NCBI GenBank assembly: GCA_000934665.2
Contig: JYFJ02004151.1
Location: 1-34,327 of the forward strand
From: Catajapyx aquilonaris
Lineage: Eukaryota
Length of the DNA: 34,327 nucleotides
Direction of reading: 5' to 3'
This document shows, one piece after another, positions 1-10,555 of this stretch (the first letter of the stretch is position 1; each line of letters begins with the position of its first letter). A program made the position numbers and the translations under genes. The notes below the pieces were generated by a model. That model searched no databases and was not told the DNA's origin. It saw only the letters and a list, made by a program, of their open reading frames with translations.

Positions 1-142
1 TTCTCGTAACCAAGGCAACAGCGTGTTAAATTCTAAATTGGAACAAAAAAGTATGCAACAAATGTGAGTACAAAGCACTGACCAAAGTACAGCCACCACG
101 TAGAAATGTAATGACACTGAGGGGCTGGGGGAGGTGGTGGCA

Positions 143-211
143 GGGGGGGAGGGAGGAATGGAGAGAGAGAGAGAGAGGGAGGGAGAGAGGGAGGGAGGGA
201 GGGAGGGAGGG
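143..211 (+). repeat. Polypurine (GGGA/GA)n simple repeat
   Basis: Run of gggagggagg/gagaga units; it explains the low-complexity ORFs at 26-358. Confidence 0.9.
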
Positions 212-804
212 ACATGGTTTCCAAGGCAACTAAACAGCATTATTAGAACACAGGGGGCCAACGTCCAAAGTCCTTTTCGCCTCCTGTGGCCAAGGATGAC
301 CTCGGAGGTCAATTCCAATGTGCCTATGTTATTCCCGGTAAAAAACTACCCCTGGTGATACCCCTGGGGCATATGTGGAGGCCTCCGTATGGATCTGTTT
401 AGGTCACAGACAGACAGACAGATATAGGTCTTAAAATATGTATTAGATTATATTAGCCTGCATTACATGGGAAAAAGAAAAGGGTCACAATGAGAAGTAA
501 TTTTAAAACTCAGAAAAAAGCCCTGCTTTGTTGCACTTTTACTGCGGTGGAATCTGATTCTAACAAAAAAAAGGTGACACAAGCAGTAGTGCTAGGCCTA
601 CTGATGTCCAGAACTGTAGGTTAGATTAGTTTTTCCATTTTTGTACTGACACGTTGGCATAGCATGCTTATATCACAAAAATGAAATATTTTATGATTGT
701 GAGAGCTTTGATCTCATCATTTTATGTGTTAAATATTTGAAATATAATCTATGCAGATTTTCTGTTAAAAATCTGGGTCTTTGTAAAAATAACCATAAAA
801 ACCC

Positions 805-1460
805 AAAGGACCTGTTCAAGTAGCCCCGCTACCTAAACGGCAACCATCTTGCGCATCTTGTAGTGTATAATCTATGCACCTAGTTTTACGCTAAAGGCCG
901 CTGTGTTCGCCACTGACTGTATCTTTGATGTGGTAGGGGTTGCTACCTAGCGGCCTTTTTAGGATTCAAAACATGTTGCCACATGGTGAACTGTTTCATT
1001 AGTTGTATTAGACGCTCGAAAACTCACGTGGTTTTTACCCCGTAAAAATGTTGTAAGAATATTCGCGTGAGACAAATGCCGCGTCTGGATACCAATATGC
1101 GAAATGCAAGCCCCATCGAGATATCACGCGTTTGCCCAATCGCGTATCTCTCCCTCACTCCCTCTCCTCTCTCTCTCACTCTCCCCTAAAAGAGAGACAG
1201 GAACGAGGGGCGGACGCAGGATGGCGATCGTTGGCAAATCAAGAGCGAACTCTTTCTCCAAACTGATGAAGGTCACCCTTTAGAAGCATTCATCCATTGA
1301 ATGACATATATTAGATATATTAGAGTGGCTGGACAGCAACATTTTGATCCAACTCCCCTGCGTTGCCAAGTTTCAGTGATCTGCTCCAATCTAATTGACA
1401 CGAATCATTGAGCCATGTGGGTGGCCTTTCTTTGCCAGGATAACTTTGAACAGGTCCTTT
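805..1460. mobile_element. Non-autonomous TIR DNA element (possibly Kolobok-like)
   Basis: Perfect 15-bp inverted repeat AAAGGACCTGTTCAA at 805-819 and 1446-1460 around non-coding DNA. AGG...CCT termini resemble Kolobok, but no intact TTAA target duplication is visible. Confidence 0.4.
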
Positions 1461-1527
1461 TCCTAGGAAAAAACGAAAAATCAGTTTTTCACTGGCCTTT
1501 ACAACACTAGTCCTAACCGTGACAGTT

Positions 1528-1636
1528 TGGCCGAATCCGGGACAAATGGGCGTCCCGAATGACCCTTGAAAAAATCAGGGACAAAGGATGAAAATTCGGG
1601 ACTGCTCCGGAAAATTCGGGATGTCTGATCACCTTA
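1528..1636. mobile_element. Terminal fragment of a hAT-like (Blackjack-type) element
   Basis: Repeated CGGGA(C) subterminal motifs ending in ...cgggatgtctgatcacctta, similar to the reverse complement of TAGGGTGACCAGACGTCCCG termini. Only one end is seen. Confidence 0.3.
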
Positions 1637-3664
1637 CAGTTATTTTCCATTTGTAATAAATGACTTACATCATCCACCACATACAATATTTGCGCAGATG
1701 CGGTTTTATACCTTAAAATACTAGCTACTATATTTTTTGGGTCCAGGGCGGGGAGGGTTACAACTTCCCCCAACCCTCTCCCCCTCCCTACGCCGCTGAT
1801 CCTGGTACTGGTACTACAATAAGTCTGATCAGTCTGATGCACTTTTGCAGCGTCGTTTTGTATTAAATAATTTTGTCGGCTCATTTTGTAATGTCCGGGC
1901 CAAAAGGTCAAGTTCGTACTTTGGCCTGTTACACCAGCTGCTGTGGTCTCAAACCACGACTCGGACCGTCCGACCGCGCGACCGTCCGACTTCAGGACAT
2001 GTGGTGTGGCTTCCAGAATATATTCTGGAACCCACACAATGGCTTACGGCCGCACGGCCCACAGACAGTCCGGCTGACATCCAGCACACACCTTATGTGT
2101 TGTAATGAACCCCCCCCCCCCCCCTGGTCCCCCCATCCCCGGTCCCCCAAATTATTGAGTTACTTTCAATTTGGAATAAATTACATCATCCGCCACATAC
2201 ATTATTGGCGCATGTGCGTTTTTATNGGGGGGGGGGGTTAAGCGAGAGAGCATGAAAATAGGGTGGACATCCAGGCCTTCAACGTCAACTCTGACAGCCA
2301 TAGATTCAGTGGTGAAGAAGTTCCCACCTGAATCACTCATATTGTTGTGCAGTCCTGAAATGCATTTGCATGATGACTATCTGAACAAGGTCAGGATGAA
2401 TACAATCAAGGACTGGTAGGTGTTCAGTCCTGTGTCCTTGGCTAAATTCTCTCCAGGTGTGGCAATGGTGGATGAAACTCAAGGACACGTCAGAGCAGTG
2501 GAGGCCACTTTGACACCTACAGTTATAATTATGATCAACTCAGTTTCTATGCAGCTGACTACCTAAGAGGTAAACTCATTTAATTCGACTGGAATTGGTT
2601 TTGCTAACTAAATATTATGAACTTGTTCTATGCAGCTAAGAAGATGGAACAGGTTGCTGGAGTCAACATAGGGCACCAACATAGTGGAGGGATACAATGG
2701 AGAGTGCAACGATAAGGAAATAATTGACGACGTGTTTTTAGAAGCAAAAGACATCCATATGGCATATCATAAGAGCTGTGGAACGTCGACTGCTACTTGA
2801 TTATCATCCAGTTGACTGTTACAAAGAGAGTGCATATTGTGGATTACAAAAGTCAAGCAGTTTGGGAACTCAAGCCCAACTTGCCGATCTCATTCTACTC
2901 ATCCTAGATTACAAGAAAGAGTCCTATTAGTGCAGTAATTTCTAAATTAATGGGTCATGACTCAAAATTTGTGCCACATTGTTTGCCAGTGAAGGCACCA
3001 CAAGCTTTACAATACTGTAGAATCTCAATATGGCACTGATCCTGAAGAACTTTTCTTGAATTCCACAAGAATGCTTGCAAGAATGTTGATTACATGAGAT
3101 GGAATTAGCAATGGAAATCTGACACTGAAAGTACCAGTTTAGATATTCAAAGTTAATGCACATTGCCTGCCTATATGGCAGAAATTTCTGTAGCAATACT
3201 GCTAAACCTGTCATATGCAAGGTCACATGTCTTCCAAAAGTCAGAGCTATGCATGTCAATTAGCAGGAGTAAATTAATGCCAACATTTATACCAACAGTG
3301 CCTGAAAAAATAGATCCTTGATATTCAGACAAGAAACTTTGGAGCAAAAAGGAAAGCAATAAACTTTTTTTATTCAAAGAATAAACTGTCACTAATAAAT
3401 GAGCCTGTCCAAACACATTACTAAACATCTGCTATTCTCTCTGTGGGACCCCTAGTGAGAATAGCAGAAGTTATAGAATGGGGCACATGGTTAGGGGCAC
3501 AACAAGCTACAAAAATAACTGCTATCGAGTGACCCGGATACTTGGAACACCCTGTAGGCTTCTCTTTCACTCTTTTTGTTTCTTTTTTGCTGCAGTGATG
3601 TTGAGCTGTCCAAACACAAAAAGGCACGGGACAAAAAAATATACCTTCATATTCATCAGTCACT

Positions 3665-6600
3665 TTATTCTGAATCACTTTCTGAAAGCTGCAAGTCTTC
3701 ACTGAGTAAGTGAGTTGGCATCGACAATGGGGCCCGAGAGAAACCTGAAAACAATTCAAATGGTCAGTCACTGACACTGCTCAATACTATGTCCATATTC
3801 CATATCTGAACTAATCAACACATTTTCAAACACTATTGCACAAATCCCACAATGGCATTTCTGTCATGCATTAAGACTCCCATTGATCAACGTGAAAGAG
3901 GCAGTGGAGGAGCAAAATCAAGGTTTTCCTTCCTAGTTCAAAAGCATAGAACACTTGCTATTAATACTGTTTCACAGAGAAAATTAATATCCCACATGTG
4001 TCAGGAATTGTCTTACCTCGTCCTTTCTCCTTCACTGAACTCTCCTCCACATCTGCGTCACTGTTATTTCCACTTGAAGTACTGCTTGATTCAGAAAGAG
4101 TTCCAATGGGGAATGCTCCCTGTGATCCAGAAACAATGCAGCAGTTAAATATGCATACAATTTGGGTAAACTTAAACCACATTGTCCAAAGTGAAATATA
4201 GATTCAATGAAGTAAGAAGTTAGGCGAGGGCTACTGGCCAAGGAAGCCTAAGCTCAGAGGTTAAATGCTGCCTCTGGTGCCTTTTGCTTGAATGTTTTTT
4301 TTTTCTTCTGCTTTTCTACCAACATGCATTTCCACCTATGCCCAAGGCCAAGTGAAAAGATCGAGTAATTTGAGATGGTGCAAAACAACTCAACAATTTG
4401 GCTCATTAGTCCTTTCCTTGGGTATCTCCACTTCTGTTTCACAGATGCATCTAAGCTAGATGATTAGAAGTTCCAGCAATATTTCTTGATGAAGAATGAA
4501 AAAATGACTTGACATAATATGTCAAGTGACTTAGTGATTTAGATAAAGAATAATATTATTATTCTTTATCTAAATCACTAAGTCACTTGGTATATTAATC
4601 TATTTCATGTAATGCGATTTCAATAACTCAGCATAGCCTGTCCAGTCGGCACTTTGTTGTAAGTTATTCCCACTCCTCCTACCCCCATTTCTGCGAGCAC
4701 CAGACCAGGCTCCAGAATTTTTTAATAATGGTTCTGTGAGGGTAATGAGGACCTCCTTCTCGTTATTTGCTGACTACTTCTTATAGGGAAATATGTCGGG
4801 ACGATGACGATGTAATGCAGGGATTTAAGAACCATAAATCGAATAAGTTTTCATTATAACACAGGAAAACATTGGCATGCAATCAAAAAAAGTTGATAAG
4901 GATTCCCTTGGGGATTATTCCCTTTCACAGAATGTACAGAACATTGTTCTACAAATTGATATAAAGCAATGCTTCCATCAGGCAATACATAATTTACATT
5001 CTTCCTCACCTCAGACGTGGCTCCTCCACCATTGGCACCACTGCTGCTGCTGCTGCTGCTGGCACCCCTGCCCCCTTCCGGGATCATTGGACCGTCATCT
5101 TGGCTGCTACTTTCCTTCCTGTAAAGAAAGGTATTGTTTTTGGTACTGCCTGCTCATAATGATATTCCCCCACAATCTTTTCTAGTGATTATCATTACGT
5201 CCTTTTGTATTGACCCTTCCATCTAACCCTAACGGACTGGATGATACCCGAAGCTTAAGCTGATGTATAGAAAAATAATTATGTAATCAAGGAGAGCACC
5301 TTGATATCTCATCTATTACTTTCATAAAATTAATGACAACTGTGCTGCATTTGAGAAGTCCTGGACTAGTTTGGTTTATTGTTGGAGAGGTATGGCAACT
5401 TCATGTCATGATGAGAAATGCAAAAGGTGAAGACAAAATGTTCCTGTGGGTGGGTTTGAATGAAGGAAATGCAAACCCAACAAACCTGTGTAAATATGGT
5501 ATGGCAGGCCTACAGCCTCCACTTCATCATAAGGACAACTTGGGAAAATGTCCCTCCTATCTAAAGCATAACATGGACCCTATGCTTGCTCCTTGTAATC
5601 CGTTTCAGTGAAGGCAAATAGTGTGAGACTTGCCTGGTGATCTTCACTTGTACATTGCTGCAAAGTTTTTCGATGACAATCTCCCCAGTATTGTGGTCGA
5701 TGATGAGGACACATTTTTTTTTGTGAGGCTTGTAGCAGCCTCGAAACACAGTCTCGCTTGTCCTGGCGCCATCCAAATGTGGGGCTATGACGGTCACTTC
5801 ATTGTTCTGTCCTACGTCAAGGGTGGAGTTCTTGGTCTTATCCATACTGGCAGGTTTAAAGTCATCTGTAATGTTTCAGGCCATACCCATTATAGTTAGC
5901 ATCAACTTTTTTAAATACCTAAAGTTCTAGATTAATATCTAATCCTGCCCACGATAATTGGCAAAATTAATTAGATTGTGTTTATTCTCTTCTCCCTATA
6001 ACTTACACTACTGTCATGCTTGTTAGCAACTTATAGAGAAGTGGCATAGCAGTGTATTTAAAACCCCCCAAAATTATTGATTTGTTGTTTAATAAGTTTC
6101 CAAAAAACCCTTGTGAATGTTGGAAAATGTTTATCCATAGCTCCATGTGACCAAGATCTGTAAGCTGTAATTAGCAACTAACTATTAAATTCAATATTGA
6201 GCTCATATACCAGATCAGGTTATGGTCAGACAACCTACCTTGGTCTTAACTTTGGAGCAACAGGTTTCCCAATATACTCGTATGACATTTCACTGCTCCA
6301 TGCCACATAACTCTATCCTTCATGATGAAGACAGTTAACATTGCAGGATTATCCTGCAATGTCAACTGTCTTTTGACACTAGGTAGATCTCTTCAACTAC
6401 TTGATGAACAGCTACCTACATTAATCATTTTAATGTTTTATAAGAAGAATACCAGTTGCATAGGGTCAGATCAAAGAGGAAAATGCTTCACATCTTGAGA
6501 TCCATGATATGCTTAGCAATTTGGAGGATTCTATAACACTTCCAAATGATTTTGAAGTGTAATTTATCCGCATAATCATGGCCTTCATTAACTTTCATTA

Positions 6601-7101
6601 TTTTGTGTCATATTTTTTTGTACACACTTTCTATTTTCCAGCATGTTTCTTTTTCTACCTGTAAGAAGGTTACCAGAAGAACTGACTACAACTGACTCTC
6701 TAACATGGAAGAAACAAACCAAACGTCACAAGTGGAAATGCAATATTACAAAATATCTACTGCAGCTACACTGCAGCAAATGTCATTGACCATATTGGCC
6801 ATGTTTTTTTTATATACTCATTATTCAGGTCTTGGTTCTCTGAGGCTGTGTATGGCACAAGTACTAGTCCCTAACAAGTTTACAGCAGCAAAATGGATTC
6901 CTCGGCTTGCAAGTTAAACCAATAAGTATTGTCCTGGATGGCGATGACCTGTTCCTGTGAACTCCACTCACATCGGATGGTGTGAAAGGGAGTCTCCGTG
7001 TTGCTGAAGCTGGATCCAAGCTTCAGCACATGCCCCATGGACCCAAGCCCCAACTTGGCAGCGAAGGTGTCGTCTCCTCCTCCTCCTTCGCCAGCTGCCA
7101 T
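3665..7101 (-). CDS. EAF: ELL-associated factor (EAF1/2 family). Spliced model: exons 7101-6972, 5865-5634, 5118-5010, 4119-4017, 3744-3665 (~217 aa)
   Basis: Splicing 6972 to 5865 rebuilds HVLKLGSSF...FHTIR|YDFKPASMD. Exon 2 encodes FRGCYKPHKKKCVLIIDHNTGEIVIEKLCSNVQVK (EAF N-terminal domain). The last exon encodes the family C-terminus LLSEDLQLSESDSE-stop. All intron phases are compatible (654 nt total). An additional internal exon between 5010 and 4119 cannot be excluded. Confidence 0.88.
4523..4589. repeat. Perfect AT-rich palindrome (33-bp arms, 1-nt spacer) in an EAF intron
   Basis: 4523-4555 is the exact reverse complement of 4557-4589. Confidence 0.92.
6328..6372. repeat. Near-perfect palindrome (22-bp arms, 1 mismatch) in an EAF intron
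   Basis: aagacagttaacattgcaggat-t-atcctgcaatgtcaactgtctt. Confidence 0.85.
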
Positions 7102-7483
7102 TTCCTGTGATGGTTGATGGTGAAAGTAAAATTACCTCACATTAGTTCAAAATTTCTATTTTCTCAATCTTTTTTCCCTCCAACCCACACATGATTATGC
7201 TACCAAAGTTAGTATTGATGTACCTGGTGTTCACCACCTGTAAGTCTTGGTCTTACATTTTGTAATACATTCCTTCACCAGAAATCCCTATATCATGTTT
7301 CATGCGTATGCAATACACCAAAAAGCAGAGTACTACCAATGCTAACTCCATGCTAACACCCATAATGATGCTGTGATTTTTATAAGGTGGAGACATATTC
7401 AGGTTGCAAGGGAAAATGTTCTACATATTGTGCAAATGTATATCCCATCCATCCATCCATATGTTATGTAAAATAATAAATGT

Positions 7484-7736
7484 GGGGTGTCAGATCAAAG
7501 GTGGCTAAGTCCAAGAGAAGTGAATTCACAGGGAATACAAAAAACCGCTAGTGACTTAACTTTCGCCTGTACAAGCTTGAAAATTTGTACGTACCTGTGT
7601 TACGGCAGTTCAATTTCATATGCAAATGTACGCAAATGTGCCATCAATAATCATCGGCATTAAAATAAATCACTTCTGGACTTGGTCGTTTTTGATCCGA
7701 ACCACTGGACTTGGCCGTCTTTGAAAGTAACACTAG
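7484..7736. mobile_element. Degenerate MITE-like element
   Basis: Left gtgtcagatcaaaggtggctaagtcca is an imperfect inverted match to two right-hand units (tggacttggtcgtttttgatccga and tggacttggccgtctttgaaagtaacac). Confidence 0.35.
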
Positions 7737-8007
7737 GGAACATAATTAAACTGGTTTTTTTTGGCCCATGTTCATGAATATATGTTTCCAGACTTTACAG
7801 TCACCCTGTACAATGACCTGTAAACCTTGCATCACACAATGTAAATGCACACACACACACATACACAGAGAAGCATCAACACAACCTCCCTTTTGTCCCT
7901 TTTCTGTCTCCCAGAGTACATGTTTCTTTGAGAGTAGTGACCAATTAAATATGAAGGAAGTAGGTAGGTACGTATACCCTGTCCCCTATTTCGATCGTAT
8001 TTCTGAC

Positions 8008-8352
8008 CTGAGTGACTTCGTCGCTCCGGAATATTGCAGGTTCAGTCCCTGCACCAGCCGAGTCTCCAACGGCCGCATCATATCCGGTCGCGGCTCCTGT
8101 CCATGCCGCCGCACCGGTCGCAAGGGCCCCTCCAACGTCTTCAGGTACCGCTCGAGGTGCCGCAGACATCCCCGCCGCAGGTAGATGCAACGGGGGTTGT
8201 GCACCGGCCTCGATCGCCATCTTCTGCGAGGAGGCCGCTGCGGCAGTGTCCTTGGGATGGTCCTGTTCTGCTTGCAAACCCTTCTTCCTTTCCGTCGTTT
8301 GCGACCCACGCTTCGTCTCCTTTCGACTGCGCTGCTTCTTGCTCCACGGCAT
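8008..8352 (-). CDS. Putative upstream coding exon of EAF (Lys/Arg- then Ala/Gly-rich, 115 codons)
   Basis: GC/CpG-rich open frame MPWSKKQRSRKETK...EVTQ ends at a phase-0 donor CAG|GTCAGA (8008). This fits the acceptor CACAG|GAA ATG at 7104, just before the EAF ATG. It could instead be 5' UTR. Confidence 0.45.
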
Positions 8353-9183
8353 CTTGCTCAACAGCAACCAGGGGACGACAGGGGAACAGGGGACGCAGAG
8401 GTACGGAGACTGCACAAGATTCCTCGCCGCTTATCAGCACCCACGACACTGTCCCAAGGACCGCGGTTCCAAGAAAATGGAACAGGTCAACTGTCATGGC
8501 GGATCCTCCCCGCTCTATCCTCCCGTCTCAGTTCTTACTCCCTACCACATCATCACACGCGTCATCCCCCGCCTTTCCCCATTTTCTTTGTTTTTTTAAA
8601 GAAATATTCGTCTTCAGCGGTATCATGGTGCACACTGGACCGTGTACAAATTAAGGAGATGCAATAAAACGCCGAATTTACTAGATTGTCGGCGGGAAAC
8701 AAGTGACGATCGACAAATTTTAAAAGCCGCGCAGGAAGCTCGAGCGATCTGTTCCGGTTGGCGAAACAGCGCATTTTAATGCTTGAAAAATTACGAACAA
8801 GTTAATTATGTATGTATTTCTGCAACCTGGGTGAGGTGCCCGCAGGAAATAAGTTATTCATATACCTGTCAAAGCGACAATCAATAACTGATATAACAGA
8901 ATTGATAACGCCTACGAGAAAATTCTACTTCTTAATTAGAATAATGTAAATCCTCTCATAATAATTATGAGATGTGACTTACGAGGTTTTTAGCAGAGAT
9001 GGATGGAACTAAATGGGGGGGGTCTAACGAAAGCGCCTTGTGATGTGAAGTCACCACTTACATATCCTAATTACAGTCTCAAAACGAAGAAGTGACCAGT
9101 GCACCCCATCCTTTATTCACGATTCATTTTTAGTACCCTACGAATGAGAAAAAAGGTTTCGCTCTCAACTGGAGAATTTTGTT

Positions 9184-9199
9184 GGCCCTGAAAAGGGCC
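9184..9199 (-). terminator. Histone 3' stem-loop (psi-H4 copy A)
   Basis: GGCCCTTTTCAGGGCC on the minus strand, downstream of the H4 stop. Confidence 0.95.
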
Positions 9200-9241
9200 G
9201 TTTGTTTTAGTTGAGTTCTACTGGCAGGATCACGCCCTGAT

Positions 9242-9592
<351 letters not shown>

Positions 9593-9778
9593 TTAGCTCT
9601 TCGGAACATTTCAGAAGAAAATGGGCGATCTAATAAAAACATATCCCCTCACCCGAGTACCGGATCCCAATTACAACAATCATAACAAGTTAGTATTGAT
9701 AAGCTAAAAAAAATAGGAAGTTCTAATGATATGGTCGGCATGGAAAATTTTGAATATTGTCAGTTTGTCTGTTGAAGT

Positions 9779-10077
9779 CAAAGAGTTCCGCTATTATATA
9801 ATATAATAATACCTAGAGGAGGTACTCCCTATCCTTTTCCATTAGACAGGCTGAGGCAGTCGCCATCTTGTTGGAGGTCATATTGTTGTTCTAACAGTTG
9901 TCTAGCAACTGGGACAACAACCAATAATGACAACTGGGCGACAATTAGTTCAATAATGTCAGGCGTCCGCCATCTTGTTGGAGGTCATATTGTTGCCTGC
10001 ATTGTTGCCTGCCTCACATTTCAGGCCGAGTACCTCCTCTAGGTGTATACGAGTATATAATATAGCAGAACTCTTTG
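9779..10077. mobile_element. 299-bp MITE with ~50-bp imperfect TIRs and a 2-bp (GT) target-site duplication
   Basis: CAAAGAGTTC...ACCTAGAGGAGGTACTC at left is mirrored by GAGTACCTCCTCTAGGT...GAACTCTTTG at right, with GT on both flanks. Internal 28-bp direct repeat cgccatcttgttggaggtcatattgttg at 9861 and 9968. Confidence 0.8.
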
Positions 10078-10443
10078 GTTACAGTCAGCAGCAAATTGAT
10101 TGGTGTACATAGCTACATAGTTAGGAGGTATCTGGCTTGCTACAAAATTATATTATACAGTATGTACTATATCGGGTTGGCGCGTCTAATATTTACTGCT
10201 ATTATTCTGCGATGTGACTTGTAACACATCAACTTTTTAAAAAAATATTTCAGCTCGAAAGAAGGCCAATTATTGATTGTAACCAGACAATTCAACTTGC
10301 CCGTAAGAGTCTGGAACACAAAATTTCAGTATCTCGATTCACAGTTATAAAAGCTAAAATTAGACAACCTGAGCAATACAATGTATGTAAGTTAGTTTAT
10401 TTCTGCTCTCTCTGTGTTCGCTTTCTCACGTGAATCATGTGGT

Positions 10444-10459
10444 AGCCCTTAAAAGGGCT
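10444..10459 (-). terminator. Histone 3' stem-loop (H2A fragment)
   Basis: AGCCCTTTTAAGGGCT on the minus strand, followed by accaca...tcacgtgagaa. Confidence 0.92.
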
Positions 10460-10501
10460 GTTTAGTTTATAAGAGGCGGTAGAGATGTGTGGACGGTGAA
10501 T

Positions 10502-10555
10502 CTAAGCCTTCTTCTCTGTCTTCTTTGGGAGGAGGAGGGCCTGGATGTTTGGAAG
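10502..10555 (-). pseudogene. H2A: Histone H2A 3' fragment truncated by a LINE
   Basis: Encodes [21 protein letters not shown], followed by a 3' UTR and stem-loop homologous to 15452-15530. Confidence 0.92.

Noticed and set aside
26..358. Three short ORFs rich in Pro/Ser/Leu or Gly/Glu/Arg
   Set aside because: They are translations of the (GGGA/GA)n microsatellite.
1513..2340. ORFs 1513-2037(-), 1873-2241(+) and 2152-2340(-)
   Set aside because: No recognisable motifs; they cross repeat fragments, poly-C/G runs and an N base.
2942..3660. Minus-strand ORFs first suspected to be a transposase
   Set aside because: They lie downstream of the EAF stop (3665) and have no motifs; probably 3' UTR or intergenic.
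8012..8667. Overlapping 160-206-aa plus-strand ORFs
   Set aside because: Expected in a GC-rich, stop-poor region; the minus-strand frame has the better splice and start context.
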